A DNA stretch of 64,000 bases from Vicugna vicugna (taxonomy: Eukaryota), in assembly GCA_013265495.1 (NCBI GenBank), contig MU058010.1:99145-163144 (forward strand). The letters are read 5' to 3'. This document shows, one piece after another, positions 12,407 to 26,191 of this stretch. The translations under genes were made by a program, and so were the position numbers. A model generated the notes under the pieces. The model saw nothing but the letters and a program-made list of their open reading frames with translations, did no database searches and was not told the origin of the DNA. How positions within the stretch are numbered: the stretch's first letter is position 1; every line of letters starts with the position of its first letter.

Positions 12407-13390
12407 TTTCTGTTTTTTTTCCTCAATTTAATTTTATTTTTATTGAAGTTCAGTTGATTTACAATGTTGTGTTAGTTTCTAGGTACAGTGTAGTGATTCA
12501 GTTATACACATATATATTCTTTTTCATTATAGGCTATTACAAGTTATTGAATGTAGTTCCCTGTGCTATATAATAGGACCTTGTTGTTTATCTATTTTAT
12601 ATATAGTAGTTTGTATCTGCTAATCCCAAATTCCTAATTCCTTTTTCCCATCCCCAATTTTCCCCTTTGGTAACATAAGTTTGTTTTCTATGTCTATGAG
12701 TCTCATTTTGTTTTGTTAATAAATTAGTTTGTATCTTTTTTTTTAAGATTCCATATATAAATGATATCATATGATATTTGTCTTTGACTTACTTCACTTA
12801 GTATGGTAATCTCCAGGTCCCTCCATGTTCCTAAATATGGCATTATTTCATTCTTTTTTATGGCTGCATAGTATTCCATTGTGATATATATTCTCTGCCA
12901 TCTTTATCCATTCACTCCTTTTATGACTGAGTAGTATTCCATTGTGTGTGGTGTGTGTGTGTGTATGTGTGTGTATATATATATATATAAACAACTTGTT
13001 TATCCAGTCTTCTGTCTATGGACATTTAGGTTGCTTCCATGTCTTGACTATTGTAAGTAGTACTGCTATGAACATTGGGGTGCATGCATCTTTTCAAATT
13101 AGAGCTTTCTTCAGATATATGCCCAGGAGTGGGATTGCTGGATCATATGGTAACTCTTGTTTTTAATTTTTTTGTGGAATCTCCATACTGTTTATCATAG
13201 TGGCTGCACCAAGGTATATTCCCACCAAGAGTACACAAGGGTTCCCTTTTCTCTGCACCCTGTCCAGCATTTATTGTCTGTGGACTTTATAATGATGACC
13301 CTTCTAACCCATATGAGGTGTTTTGATTTGCATTTCTCTGATAATTAGTGATGTTGAACACGTTTTCATGTACCTGTTGCCCATCTGTAA
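12407..13390 (-). mobile_element. 5'-truncated L1 (artiodactyl-type 3'UTR)
   Basis: T-rich left end, L1 3'UTR and ORF2 end. Candidate TSD tcatcatttctt (12395-12406) / tcattatttctt (13396-13407). Confidence 0.92.
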
Positions 13391-13949
13391 TGAGATCATT
13401 ATTTCTTGATGATGATGAAGGTTGACCCACCCTTACTGGGAATTCGTATATACAATAACTACTCAGTCTGGCTGCTTACCTCACATCTTATTCACCCATT
13501 TAGCCGTCAGTCTCCTGAGGCCCAGGCAATGTGCTGGCTGTAGGGATGGTGTTGGGGAACCGCCACTGCTTGGAGTTCTCAGCCCCAAAGAAAAATGATA
13601 GCATGTGAGAGGCCCTTGCAGCCGAAAAGAGGGTGGTCCAATATAATTGACACCCAGCAAAGCAGAGCTGTTGGCAAAGTGGATTCAACTATTACTGACT
13701 ATTTAAGTTGCTTACTGAGAACATGTTTTTGTACTTAAATGTTTGTGACTGTTTCTTCCTCTAGAAGAATGAAAGCCTGTGTCCTTCAGGTGCCTGGGAC
13801 TGACCCGCCCCTCCTTCCTCTTCTCTGATCCATTTCCTATCGCTGTAGCCGCGCTGGCTTCCTCTTCCTTGAGGACAGTCCATGTCCTCTGTCCTTGTGG
13901 TGTTTGTTCTGACTGCTCTTTTATCTGAAGCACTTTCCCCGCTTATCCA

Positions 13950-14492
13950 CGTTACCAAATCCAAACTCGTTCTGCTCGCCATAGGACAGGCCAATAAATC
14001 GGGAGACGAGGTGCTGGCGCAAGGAATAGAGACTTTATTCAGAAAGCTGGCAGACCGAGAAGATGGCAGACTAATGTCCTGGAGAACCATCTTACTCAAG
14101 TCAGAATTCAGCCTCCTTTTATACTAAAAAGGGGAGGAGGTGTGGTTGGTTGTTGCAAACTTGTTGGTGTAGGAATTCTTTGTACTTGTAGCTGTCCAGT
14201 ATCTTGTAGCTTTGTTCTTGTAGGGTCAGGTCATGGTGCCCCTGTAAAAACCTCTAACAAAACAAATGTTATTTTCTATTCTGCAACTTGTTATCTTTAC
14301 ATAAGTACAAAAGGGTTAATATCCTTAACGGTCAGAGCCTTGAGAATAGGCTCTCCTATATATTTCAGGCTAAAGGCAACATTCCTTCACAAAAGGTGCA
14401 GAGCTAGCAAGACTAAGCCTAGAACACAGGGCACAGGTTAAAGCCAAAGAAACAGATCTAATATGGAGTCAGATTTGTTCTTTTCTGTTACG
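13950..14492 (-). mobile_element. ERV1-type solo LTR, copy 1 (same family as 50297-50817), apparently inserted in an L2
   Basis: Colinear with copy 2 over its length; minus-strand AATAAA (14034-14039) and TATAAAA (14117-14123). Confidence 0.85.
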
Positions 14493-14499
14493 CACAGAG

Positions 14500-14821
14500 C
14501 TTCCTCCGTAATCCACTGCCACCCTGCTCAGATGCCGCCGTCGCATTCAGGCCTGTTTTCCCATTTCCCACATTTAAGATCCCGAACTGCAAACCCTCCA
14601 ACCGCACTTTCTGGGCTTGCTTTACTTTGCACTACTTTTCATTTTTAGCTGAGGGCGCTCTTCACCTGCTAACATCCGCTGTAACTTATCTATTATGTTT
14701 ATTGTCTGTTTCCCCAGTAGAAGGTAAATCTCCTTTAGGACAGGAATCTTTGTTTTGTTTACTGATAGATCTTGCCAACAACATGGTAACGTTTAATAAG
14801 TATTAGTTGAATGAATGAATG
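14500..14821 (+). mobile_element. L2 3' end
   Basis: tgtttattgtctgtttccccagtagaaggtaaatctcctttaggacagg..ttgaatgaatgaatg terminal repeat. Confidence 0.75.
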
Positions 14822-15779
14822 TTTTAGGAATTTTTCATCCTGTTGGAAGAACAAATTCCGTATTACCAGTTTTACCTAAATCATGGCTAAAAATTAATTC
14901 GACATTAATTTTAGATCATTGCTATAATGTTTGCATGTTAATTCGCAAGCATATATAATTAACAAGTAGAGACTGCCTCTTCTCCCATCACCATTAAATA
15001 TGTCCGTTAAGGTGCTTATCCCAGTGTCCACATTTTGGTTATTCACCCTTTTGTCTTGCTGTTCCTTTGGTTGTAAGCTCATAAAGGCAGAGACTGGATC
15101 CTCTCTATATTTAATGTAGTATTTTGCACATGTTGTCAGGCTAATTGTATTGCGTAGCAGAGAAAAAGGATTATGAAACTTACTTGAAAAATCATGTCAT
15201 TTCTTATATTTTGGTGTCATGTCTTCATTTGCATTAAGGGGTTATCAGGTGAGTGGCATTTACCATAGCTTTCTCAAGATGGCATGAGATTGTTTACATT
15301 TACAATAAGGAAAAATGATAGATTTCTTTTATTTCTGCCATTAATAAGTGTCATAAAATAGAGAAATAAAGCTAAGTCAATATATTATTGTTGCCACAGA
15401 AATTGAATTTGTGTCAAAAGGATTTGTGCATGTGATGTAGTGATTTCGTATATTTCTCTTGGAATTAAGTCTCTAGCAGGTGACAACATCAATAAGTCAC
15501 AAAACCAAGGAGCTTTTTGAGATTGGTTAATTTATATATGAATTAGAAAACAAATGAATAATGTGCTTAATGTATTCTGACATATTTGAAAGTATGCTTT
15601 AAAAAAACCTAGCCTATTAAAGTCTGTTCACAGAGACTATTTATTTATTTGATTTGTTCAGACTTTTTTTTTTTTACTTTTACTGTCTCATACATCCATT
15701 TCTATTTCAAAAGGAACTAATATATATTTTCTGCTTGTGTGAAAAGGACTATCTATAGTAACTTAAAAGCTTTTCTCAT

Positions 15780-16235
15780 AAAAATAAATCTGCTCATTCT
15801 AGAGAACTGAGTAAATACAGAAAAATATGGAAAAATTGCTCCAAATTCCACAGTCCAGATAAATAAAATTAACAAAAGTTCCTGTCTTACTTTTTCCGTA
15901 TATGAGCATATTGATGAAGTTGGAATTATATTGCATATGCAGTTTTAAATACAACTTTGTTTCCTGTAACATTGTGTTGTAAGCATTTTCCCATAGGGAA
16001 AATGGACTGTAATTTATTTAATCTTTTTCATCTTCTGGGCAGTTTTAGGTTTATTACAATTCTAGCTGCTTAAAATAGCTCTATAGTGATAAATATTTGT
16101 ATATAAGCCTTTGGTTTTACTTCTTATTTCCTAAGTATAGATTCTGGAAGTAGAATTACTATGTTAAAGACTGTGAACATAGGATTTGCTTGACCAAATT
16201 GTTCTCTAAAAAGCTTTAACCAAATTTACTTTCTT
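15780..16235 (-). mobile_element. Ancient L1ME-type fragment
   Basis: Degenerate L1 3'UTR/ORF2 end: ttcctaagtatagattctggaagtagaattact..ccaaattgttctctaaaaagctttaaccaaatttac. Confidence 0.6.
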
Positions 16236-17989
16236 TATGGTGATGCTAGAGTGTAAACAGATAAAATCCTTCTCAAATATATATATGAAAAGAAGCCTCA
16301 GGAATATCCAGTCTAAATATGTGTCTTGGACAAGACATCTAAGAGGCTGAGCCACTCTCAGAAATTACCTGGTAGCTGGATCAGCTTCAGGATGATCCTG
16401 GAAGCTCTGGGACCACTTGAAATCTTTGTACAGCTAATACTTAAATACTTTTCAGCCTTCTCCAGATGATGAAAAAGGTCTTGGGTTCTTGTGACCTAGA
16501 ACCAAACCTACTTGTATTTGAATTGCCTTTTCCCAGACCCATTGCAGAAGAGTTTTGATCTGGTAGTTTAGGTGAAAAAAACTGGGACCACTGAAGAGAA
16601 CATCTTAAAATAAGTGTGAAAGCTTTGTTACTTGGGTTAGCCATTATGTTTTCCCTTTGAAAAAAAAACACCCGAGTTCTGCTAGAATAAAAAATGCCTT
16701 GTCAGCTGTCCAGCCCCTGTGATGTGTAATCCAGGTGAGAGTTCTAGGTAGCAACTTGATAATTGGTTTTGCTGGAGAGGTGGTTGTTTTCTAGTAGTTA
16801 TGTTGCAGACTTTTGATCCTTTTGAAAACCTTGTGCCGTCTTAGAAATAAATCTTTTCTTTCCATGTCTATGAATGCTTGAATGATGCCTCCTCCTGAAA
16901 GCTGGTCTTTCACAAAGAAGGCGTTATGGGGAAGGGGGGTCTGGGCTCTTGCAGGGTGAGAGGAGAGAAGCCTTGGAGAACGGGTGACAGGCAGGTGTTT
17001 ATCTTCTTGAGATGGGCAGGCTTACAGTTCTGAGTAAGTGAACAGATTAACAGGTGCTGGTGAGCTTTTTCTAATTCTCACCTGTTCCTAATGTCTCCTC
17101 TCTATCTTTCTTACCTCAAGCTAAAAAATGACCACATGAAGAGCCGGTAAACTTGAAAGCTTTTCTGTACAGTATCAAAGAGCCTGCTTTACTCTTGTCC
17201 TTAGTGCTGGGAAAGTTATTTTGGACTCTTCTGAGATGTGAAATCTGGAGCCCTTGAAGAACAATATTTTCACATCTAGGTGCGTTGTGTGGTTGCCAGG
17301 GAGACGACCCTTAGACCATCTGTAGGTGTGTTTAGCATCATGGTTACTAGTAATATTGCTTCACATTTCTACAATCTTTATAATTGGTGTTGATATTAAG
17401 ATAAAGACAGGTATGTGGACCAGAAATGTGACTGGGTTAAAATACATATTCATAAGTGTATTAGTAGAAAGGAATAATCTGGGCTTTAAAACAACAGTAT
17501 GAGCAACACCCTAATATGTCATCCTCTACCACAGAGAACGATTAAAAGGAGACTGAGCTTTGCTCTTTTCCCTTAAGGTATAACTTGGTTGTGTTGGTGG
17601 GAAACCTGTCACTCATTTTATCAAGCAAATAGTGTCTTGTCATGGTCTGATATAGTGAATAGTCTTTGATACTTAGGTACTAGATATGTGCTTCTGGGAT
17701 TGAATTATTCCACCTTAGCAAGAGACTTAGTATTTGAATAAATGATGTAATTGGTGATTCATCCTACATACCAGAGATCGTTGAATTCTCTTAAATCAGT
17801 GCTAGTTGGTGCTTTTCACTTCGGGGCAATACAGCCAGTCTCAACTGTACAGCTCCCTGTCTCTCGCTTCTTTGAAATCATCTGTGCTTCTTATCTGCAC
17901 CTTTCTTTTTGTTTGTTTCATGGACACCGATTTTAAAGTGAGTCCCGTGACCAGCCCAGCGGATGTTTATTGGTGACAATGGTGGCATC

Positions 17990-18157
17990 TGGAGCAGGAT
18001 TTCTTCGCGGTCCTGGGCTTGCTACGGCCCCTAAAGCATGAAGGTTCCTAAGCCCCACTTTGGACCTACTGCATCAGGATCTTGGGAAGCTGAGGCCCTG
18101 TAATCTGCTTTTACAAAGAAAATCTTGGTGCACACTAACATGTTAGAAGCCAGCTGG
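17990..18157. mobile_element. MER5A-like fragment
   Basis: gccccactttggacctactgcatcaggatcttgg..aatctgcttttacaa..ggtgcacactaacatgttagaagcca. Confidence 0.6.
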
Positions 18158-21100
18158 TCTGGAGGGTCTGGATTATGATAATTGAGTCCTAGCCACTTGC
18201 ATTCAGAGGCTTTGATCTTACAGGTTTTCCTCTTATTGTTAATTTCTCATATTGACCCAGTTAAATGATGCAAATTTAATATAATTAAATTACAACAGCT
18301 GAAAATTATTTAAAAATATTGCCATAAATTGGCCTTGATGATAGCTATCCAAGCCTGCTCTCCTGATGTCTGGTGGTGGCTGTCACGTGTCTAATGACAT
18401 CAGTGGCTGCTTCCCGCTAGTTCATATGTGCTAACCAATTAAAGAAGGTGTAAAATTTGCTAAAAGTCTTGGGCTTCAGCTTGGAATCTGTTTTTCATGG
18501 CGTGTGGACCTCAGGGGTTTGTATGTTGCTTTGTATTATGTAATTTATTTGGTCTTTGTCACTTGTCATCTAAGTTGTTGGGGGAAGGACTGTTCTTCAT
18601 ACCTCTTGATGTTTATGCTTTTTGCACAGTGCTCTGAAAGCTCTAGGTCTATTTTTTTTTTTTTTACAGCAGGTACTGTCTTCAGTGAAAGTTTTGATGC
18701 CTTGCTTAAATGGGAATATAGAGACCTATGTTCTGTGTTTCTACCCTCAACCCCCATCCCTTTTTTGATTCTATGTACTTTTGAAGAAAAATCTATAAAG
18801 ACTTCGTTTCTTTTTCGATTACAGAGTGATCCTCTTGACCATTTATTCTAGGAAGTGTCGTTAGCAGAAAATATCATTATCTGTCTTATGTAGTGCTGCT
18901 TACTTTTCAGAAAGAAATAAATAGAATTAGCAATTTGAGCAGTATAGGACCAGAGGAAGAAGGGTGAGGTTATGGCTTAGAAAACAGCCCTAATGTGTAC
19001 CACACCTTAACCAATTAATTATCAGTCGTCCTGTGTTTAGAGCTGATATATTTTGATATTATCACCAGTTTTATTTTACCCTATTGTCATAAAGCATTAA
19101 CATCTGTAGAATCATAGGTCAGATAATGTAGCTAAATGTCACAAAGTCACATCTAGGTGTAAGTGTTTTAATGTCTAAAACTGCATGCTTGTAACACCCT
19201 CTGCCTCCCCTTGCCTGCCCTGATCCTGGCAGATGTAACCCTGAAGCTGCTATTAGGCTGTTATTTTTTAAAAGTGTTCCTCTTTGATTCCGTTTAACAA
19301 TCATTTTATGTTCCTGTTTCCTTCTTGGTGTGGATATCGGCGAATGCTGCTCATGAAATGGACTAATTTGTGCAGTTCCTGTTTTTCCCAACCAGAAGTT
19401 AAAGGGCATTGCTGGCAGCTATGGAACAGAAATACTTCTTCATTTTTTTTTTTAGTGTCTTGGTTAACCAGACATTTAAACAGTACCTCAAGTACTAGTA
19501 TAAAAGCAATACTTTTTCTTTTTAAAATAATAAAGCCTTTTTTTCTTTTTAAAATTAATGATGCCATCTTAATTTTGTTAATTTTTAGTTTTGTATCTAC
19601 AAAGGCAGAGCCAATACCCCACAGAGTTATCTGAGGATTTTATGTCACTCATTCTCCCCCCCTCCCTCTCCCTCCACTCTTTAGGAGTCTGTAAATCTAA
19701 ACAGGTAGGACCTTGAGATAGTGTAAACTTGAATTAATGTTAGCATTCAGTCTACCAGAGGATATCTCTTGATCTAATCTCTATATTTTTCACCAAATAT
19801 TTAGTGTTTCTTCCCCCCTCTTCTTGTTTGAAGTGGACTGTTATTGGACATTTCAGTTTTTAGGGGAAATTACTGCTTAGATCTACTCAGGTTTTTCATG
19901 CCAGCTTGTCTTCAGTGGCTTCTTTCAGATTGCATGTGGCTAAACCAGCAGCTGTATACTCTCTACTTTCTGAAAGCTGAATCCTAAAGTGAAATTTACT
20001 CTGGCTTCACTGTTTTGATATAGCAACCAGAACTTTTAGATGAGTTTTCCAGCTGTTTTCTCTGTTCGTGGATATCTCTAGTCCTGTCATGGGCCCTTGA
20101 ATTTGCTGTCACCCTGCCCTATTGGCTTCTTTAGCCGATGGCGGGAATCGACAGATAAGTGTTTTCTGGAAGAGAAGGCATGAATTTGGCCGTAGCTTCT
20201 TGCTTGTCTCTCAGGCTGTTAAACTACCCATGCTTACATCCCTTTGCATTTTCTTATTTTTCTATGTAAGCATTATAATCTGTTGTAGTTCATCACATGC
20301 TCTTTTTTTGTGAAAGATTACGTACAATAATACAGTTTGTAATTGGACTTACGTGCATGCCTGTATAGTTTTTAAAAACAGGCCAAGCGCTTAACAAATT
20401 AATTGAATTGCTAGACCCTCAATGAAATAATTTAAGGACACATCTAAAAAAAAACCTAAGACGAAAAAAAGAATCCTTATTTTCTACTCAAGAGTGACTA
20501 TTTTTCTGAAAGTTGAGTCCAACTCTAATTTAAAAGGCTGTCCAATTTTAGGCCTTTGAAGGTAGATAAAAATGTTCCTCTTGGTTATTTACACTGAATT
20601 TTACACCATGTTCCATTTTCTGTACAATAGTTTCTGTATCTTCCATGCAATTTTTAGATCATAAATTTATAGGCCTTACTCTCATTTCTCAGGATTGTTT
20701 GCTTTCATTGTTTCTTTTCTTTAATGTCACTTTATGGCATTTTTCTCAGGTAACTCAAACTAGTATTTGGAAATATTTTTCACTTGTGTGAGTAAATGTT
20801 TTCCTTTTATTGTGACATGCTATTCCAAATAGGATTTCAGTGTGATGCTTTTTCACTGCCTATACTTTTCAAGCATTAGGCCACTTAGAATGCTCTTGTG
20901 TAAGAAATTGGCTATGTTCCTTTTTTCTTGTCCGAGGAGCTTGAAGTGACTCCTTTCAGGTGTGATGTGAGTTGTGATGGGGGTGGTACCTCTGGGTGGA
21001 GAATAAGAGAGCCATGTGCTAACCAAATGCAACGGGCTGGAAGTCTCCATTGGTGGGAAGGCACACTTGCGGTAGGCGATCAGGAAGAGGAAGGGAGCCC

Positions 21101-22546
21101 CCTTTCTTTCCTCTGCTTCTTTCTCTGCAAATCCGAGAGCCAAGTAGATTTGGGTTTAATTCTAGTAATGGTCTCTGGAATGAGGCTGCGGTCCTAAGTG
21201 CCCCAGAATCCCACCCACTCTCATGGGCCCATGTGCAGTCTTGTTAATTTCAACAGCTGAAGATAGTAGTGATTAAAAGTAAGTTCTACAGCCCAGGATT
21301 CAACATTAACCCCTTGTTAACCCAGTATTGTTACTTCTTTGCTTCTAGGTCAGAATAGGTAGTCTAGCTGAGCAGGCAGTTCAGCCTGGAATCTAGCCGT
21401 GTAGTCATTTATCCAGCTGCGTTCTCTTTGGTGTACACAAAGCTCATTCTGGGTCCCGCCAGTGACTACTTCTGCTGCACTAGAAGAAGGAACATCTTGC
21501 TGAAAGAAAGAGAGGAGAATCTGGAATAGTGATTTTTTTCACTGTGCAGTTTTTAACTTGGATCATCATTGAGGCTGATGCATAAGCATAAAGGGGTATT
21601 CTAGTATACAAACATGGATGCTTAATTTCATTCTGTCCAACAGTGAATTTAAGTGTGTGCCATGTATTCAGTTAGATGATGATTGCTCATACATGTCCTT
21701 TTATACTTAGAGTAGACCTGGCCTGATTTCCTGTTTAGGAAATGTGCTTGACCCTTTCTCTGCCCTTTTAAAGGTCTAATACTACAATGAATGAGAAGAT
21801 GGAGAATTGGAAATTGATTCCAGCTTCTTGAATACAAAATCTTACCCAACTCCAGAATTCATAAAAACTTAGGTATTTTCCCCCCCTAAATGCTTAATTT
21901 TGCTTTTGAACTCCACTTGGCAGGAAACTAATTTATTCACTTTCTAAAGTGGACTTGTGTTTGTCTAGCAAGGAAATCAGCAAAAGTGTTCTCAAAGAAG
22001 TAGCAATGAAATTGAAAAGTGTCTACTGTCACCACTGGTGATAAATCAGACTGATGTTAAAGATGCAAATAGTCATTCCAGTACTCTCTTCCCTGTCACT
22101 AGAATTGTCTAAATTAATTAAGCCAGCAAAGTACTTCATTATCTCTTATGCTGCATGCTGATGGTAGATTTAAAGTTTCCCAGTTTTATAACATGAAACA
22201 TTTTTTAAAATCTTCTTTAAACCCCTAGATCCATTGCATTCTACGTCTGTATACTTAATGGTAACTAATACTGTTATTTAGGAGAATATATTTATTGTAC
22301 CCTAGTGAAGTTTTCTAGTTTGTGAGGTTCACAAAGCCGAGAAATTTTAGGAGACTACCACATTCAAGGTAACTTTTGTCCATCTTTTTAGAAAGCGGTT
22401 AAAACAATATATAATGCATTTTTATTAGACTGTCAGGAATTTAATTACATTCAACTTAGCATTATAGAATTTTAAATGTTCTCTATTAATTAAAATTGAA
22501 AAAGCGATTATAAATTACTGATATGATTGGTTTCTTTCATTTGCAG

Positions 22547-22579
22547 CATTTAAATATTAGGACACTGACGGATGATATG
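22547..22579 (+). CDS. DIAPH3: DIAPH3 coding exon (human exon 2 equivalent), 33-nt microexon, HLNIRTLTDDM
   Basis: tttctttcatttgcag|CATTTAAATATTAGGACACTGACGGATGATATG|gtaaga. Canonical acceptor and donor, phase 0/0. The peptide matches recalled human DIAPH3 ...KF-HLNIRTLTDDM-LDKF... and joins the next exon in frame. Too short for the ORF track. Confidence 0.95.
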
Positions 22580-22617
22580 GTAAGACGATCCTCAACGTTT
22601 CCTCATTGTGAATCTTA

Positions 22618-22680
22618 ACTAACCATGTACTGTTGATGGTGTGTGGCACTAACACCTTTGGAATGGCTAAAAACTGCATG
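22618..22680 (+). promoter_or_regulatory. Putative intronic splicing enhancer cluster (2x ACTAAC QKI-type, 1x TGCATG RBFOX-type)
   Basis: ACTAAC at 22618 and 22648 and TGCATG at 22675, all within about 100 nt downstream of the microexon donor. Confidence 0.6.
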
Positions 22681-23519
22681 TTTTGAAAATGGACTCTTTT
22701 TCTAGTGCTAAAGTAAGAAGCAGAACTGGTGAAATACATTAAATGGTTGTATTTAAATAGTTGAAGGGACTAGTCATTATGTTCATTTAAATTTTTTCTT
22801 TAATCACAAATTGTTAGTCAACTTGGAACCATTCAAGTCAGCTCTTTCACTGAGGATGAATTGCACACTTCAAAAAGAGGTAGAAAAAATAGCTAAAGAC
22901 ATGAAAGCTTTTCAAAAATAGGTAGCTGCTAATTAAAGTAAACCAGACTAAAATATGGCAAGTATATTTTAAAAAAAATATTTGTTTAAAAATGAGAGAA
23001 CCAAGCATGCCTTATCAGGTATTCTGCATGTTGAAAATGATAAGCTTTCTTGTAAGTACTTAACACTTTATAGTACCATTACAGATTCTTGGATGTACAT
23101 TCAAGTAAATTTTTCTGAAAAATATATTTTGGAATGTAACTTGGTTAATGGTAAAGGAATAACAACAAGAACAACAAGACCCAAATAAATGATAACACCA
23201 AAAATACAGAAATGTGATGCAGAGGACCAAGCACAGCACTCTAATAACCAGGATTTGGACTCGGCTTCACTTTATGTCGCTGTGAAACAGTGCCTAGAAC
23301 ATAGTGAGCACTGAGAAAGTGTTTAGCATCCATGATCTCTAAAGTACCATCTTAGGCCCGTGGGTCAGGTGGGCATACAAAGATAAATGAGACATAGATC
23401 TTGACATGCAGGATTTTAAAAGTTGAATTCAAATGCTATGTTGTATTCTTCTGGAAAGTACCTAAGAAGAGGATATTGATGTAAACTTGTCTGGATAACA
23501 TTTATTTTTCATAAAATAG

Positions 23520-23710
23520 TATTAAGAAACAGTAGCACTACTGAGCACGTATGCAGATTCCATATGTAATTTCTCACCCTGCAAGGCAGGCGATGCCTTC
23601 ACTTTGTTGCTCAGTGCATTGAGGCTCGTGCAGCTTAGGTCAGTAGCTCTCCCTGGTGTGCCCAGCTGTGGTTGAGTCTTACTCCATGTAGCTCCAGACC
23701 TACGTGCTTG
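23520..23710 (-). mobile_element. MIR fragment
   Basis: tactgagcacgtatg..accctgcaaggcagg..ttgaggctc..ctccagacctacgtgctt. Confidence 0.5.
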
Positions 23711-23811
23711 CTGTGCTGATTTAGCCTTCAGATGGCTTAAGGCCCACAATGAAACCGTGTGCAAGTGTCATGTGTGAACGTTGATGAGAATACACAGTGG
23801 TATATTTGTAA

Positions 23812-24170
23812 AGCCTTATTGAGATATAATGACATTTATGGCATACGATTCAATGGTTTTTAGTATATTTGCAGAGCTGTAAAACCATCACCACAATCAA
23901 TTTTAGAACATTTTCATCACCCAAAAAGAAACCTCATACCTCTAACTTATCACTCCTGAGTTACCCACAGCTTGCCCAGCCCCAGCCCCAGGCCATGGCC
24001 AGTTTTCTTTCTGTCTATAGATTTGCCTCCTCTGACATTTCATATACGTGGAGTTATACGTGGTGTTTAGTGACTGAGTTCTCTCCCTGGGCATGATGTT
24101 TGCAAGTTTCATCCCTGCTGTGGCATGGTCGGTATTTCCTTCTGTTGCTGAATCGTTGTTCTATATGATG
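23812..24170 (-). mobile_element. L1MB-type 3' end
   Basis: ttattgagatataat..ttcaatggtttttagtatatttgcagagctgtaaaaccatcaccacaatcaattttagaacattttcatcacccaaaaagaaacc. Confidence 0.85.
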
Positions 24171-24389
24171 ATGCTCACGAGGTTTGTCCCTATCTTAGAG
24201 GCACTCTGCATCTTTTCCTCCTCTCTTCATTCAGACCCCACACTTACCTTTGTTTTGTGACTCTGTCTTTGCACATTGCCAGCCCACAGTCTCTATCCTA
24301 AGTTCTAGAAACTGTCTTGTTATGGAGTGACTTCAGCTGGCCAGTCTGGAAGCTACCGTGTTCTGATCTTACGTTAATAGATGGGTTCC

Positions 24390-24608
24390 TCCTCAGTGAA
24401 GACTTCCTTTCTCCATCCTGCCTCTGTTCCTTGCCTCTCCCCTCATCCTCACCATATTTTAATCAAAGCAGCACATAATTTATGGTCTGTCTTTCTCTCT
24501 CATTTGAACCTTTTGAAGGCAGAAACAATGTGTTATTATTAATACTTCCAGGCACACGGTCTGGCACAGGTTAAGCATTTTCATAAATTTGTTGAGCAAA
24601 TGAAAGAA
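24390..24608 (+). mobile_element. L2 3' end
   Basis: ttgaaggcagaaacaatgtg..cacggtctggcacagg..ataaatttgttgagcaaatgaa. Confidence 0.65.
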
Positions 24609-26191
24609 CGAGTCTCTGTTTTGATAACCTGCCTGGTATTGTGGCTTCCTAGGATCTGGGCCTGGCTTGGTCCTGGTCAGGCTTCCCCGAGATGGAATCT
24701 TGCCTTTGCCCAGGGTAGAGAAGCTTTGACCAGGACCTGCCAGGATTCTTTCTGACCACCTGCCTGGATCACTGACTGTGTGCCTTCATCTTAGATGTGC
24801 ACATGATCAACTCCCCTGGATTCCTCCTTACCTTCTCCTTCCAGGGAAGGATCAAGCAGGCAGTCTGGTTTAGGCAGCTGGGCCCATTGCTGTGGAGGTT
24901 TAGAGATAAGCTTGGCTGTCTTGAACAGGACACTGACAAGTCGGTTCTTTCTTACTCATTGTTGGTTGATGCTGATGGAGAGAGCATTGGATTTGGAATC
25001 AGATGACTCTTGCTGAAAGGCAGAACGTCACCATTTTTTAGCTTTATGACCTTGGCGGGTCAGTTATTAGATTGTTCACTTGTCTGTAAAGCAGGACAAA
25101 TTTTATAACTTCTCTGCCTTCCTCGTAGGGTGTTGGTGAATTTCACTTAAGCTGAAGTCTGTTGAACTGCTGCCTTCAGTTCTGTCCCTTTTTACCCCCT
25201 CTTAAAAATATTTCCCAATGTGTGGACAGAGGGGTGGTGTGACTCATCTCAGCTGAGCCTTACAGGGTGTGTGTGTTACAGATCAATGCAAAGCTTTGAG
25301 AAGGAAGAGGATAGCTGGATACTTTGAGGGCACTTTAAACTATTTCTGGTGAGTTAGAGCACATGAAAGCATTTGCAATTGATGCTCTGATGTGTGCTAG
25401 CGGTACGGTTTCTAATTAAAGTTTGCTACCCCTACTACATACGTTAAACGTGTGCTTTTAATTTAGAACTTCTTAATGTCAATGCCTTTTTTGGGGCAGG
25501 AATTGAGAGAAGGAATATAAGAATGGTGTCTGCTGTAGTCATATGTTTGAATAACAGTATTTTGTAAACATTATTTTGAGACACCCTGGGAAACATTAAT
25601 GTTAAGAACCTTTCTCTTTATGTTGCCTTGTTAAAGACTTGCAAAAGTACTTCATGTTTCAAGGTTATTTCTTGAATTACTAGCAGAATTTAATTTCATA
25701 AGACACTGTTGGATTAAAGGAATGAAGTATTACTGTAGCCTTGAGGTCCCCAGGCAGAGTTAATATACTTTAAGCAGCATTCGATCTACAAATATCTGGG
25801 CATCCACTGTGTATAAAGTGCTGTCCAAAGTGCTAGGGTAATGTGAAGGTGAAATAAATCACTTGGTTAACAGCCTTTCATTGTTTATACTTGGGCTGAA
25901 AAGAAAGCATTCCTTGTCGAGGCAAGAAGTTTGGGATGAGGACAGTGAGGGGCGACAAGCTTGAAAAGGTAAGCTGGATAAAATTGAGCATGGACGTCCC
26001 AGTGCTGAATTTTCCATCAAAGTATCCACTGTGTGTGTTCCTGGTGTACGAGTTATTTTTGACCTGCTTTTTTCTCCCTTGTCCCTCACAACCATTTGTC
26101 TAAAGTACAGTCCTCCTGCTGGTCTTCTTCGTTTCTCCTTTTATCTCTCTGCAGCCAGTGTTACTATTGTCTTCCCTCATGTGGCCTGCCC

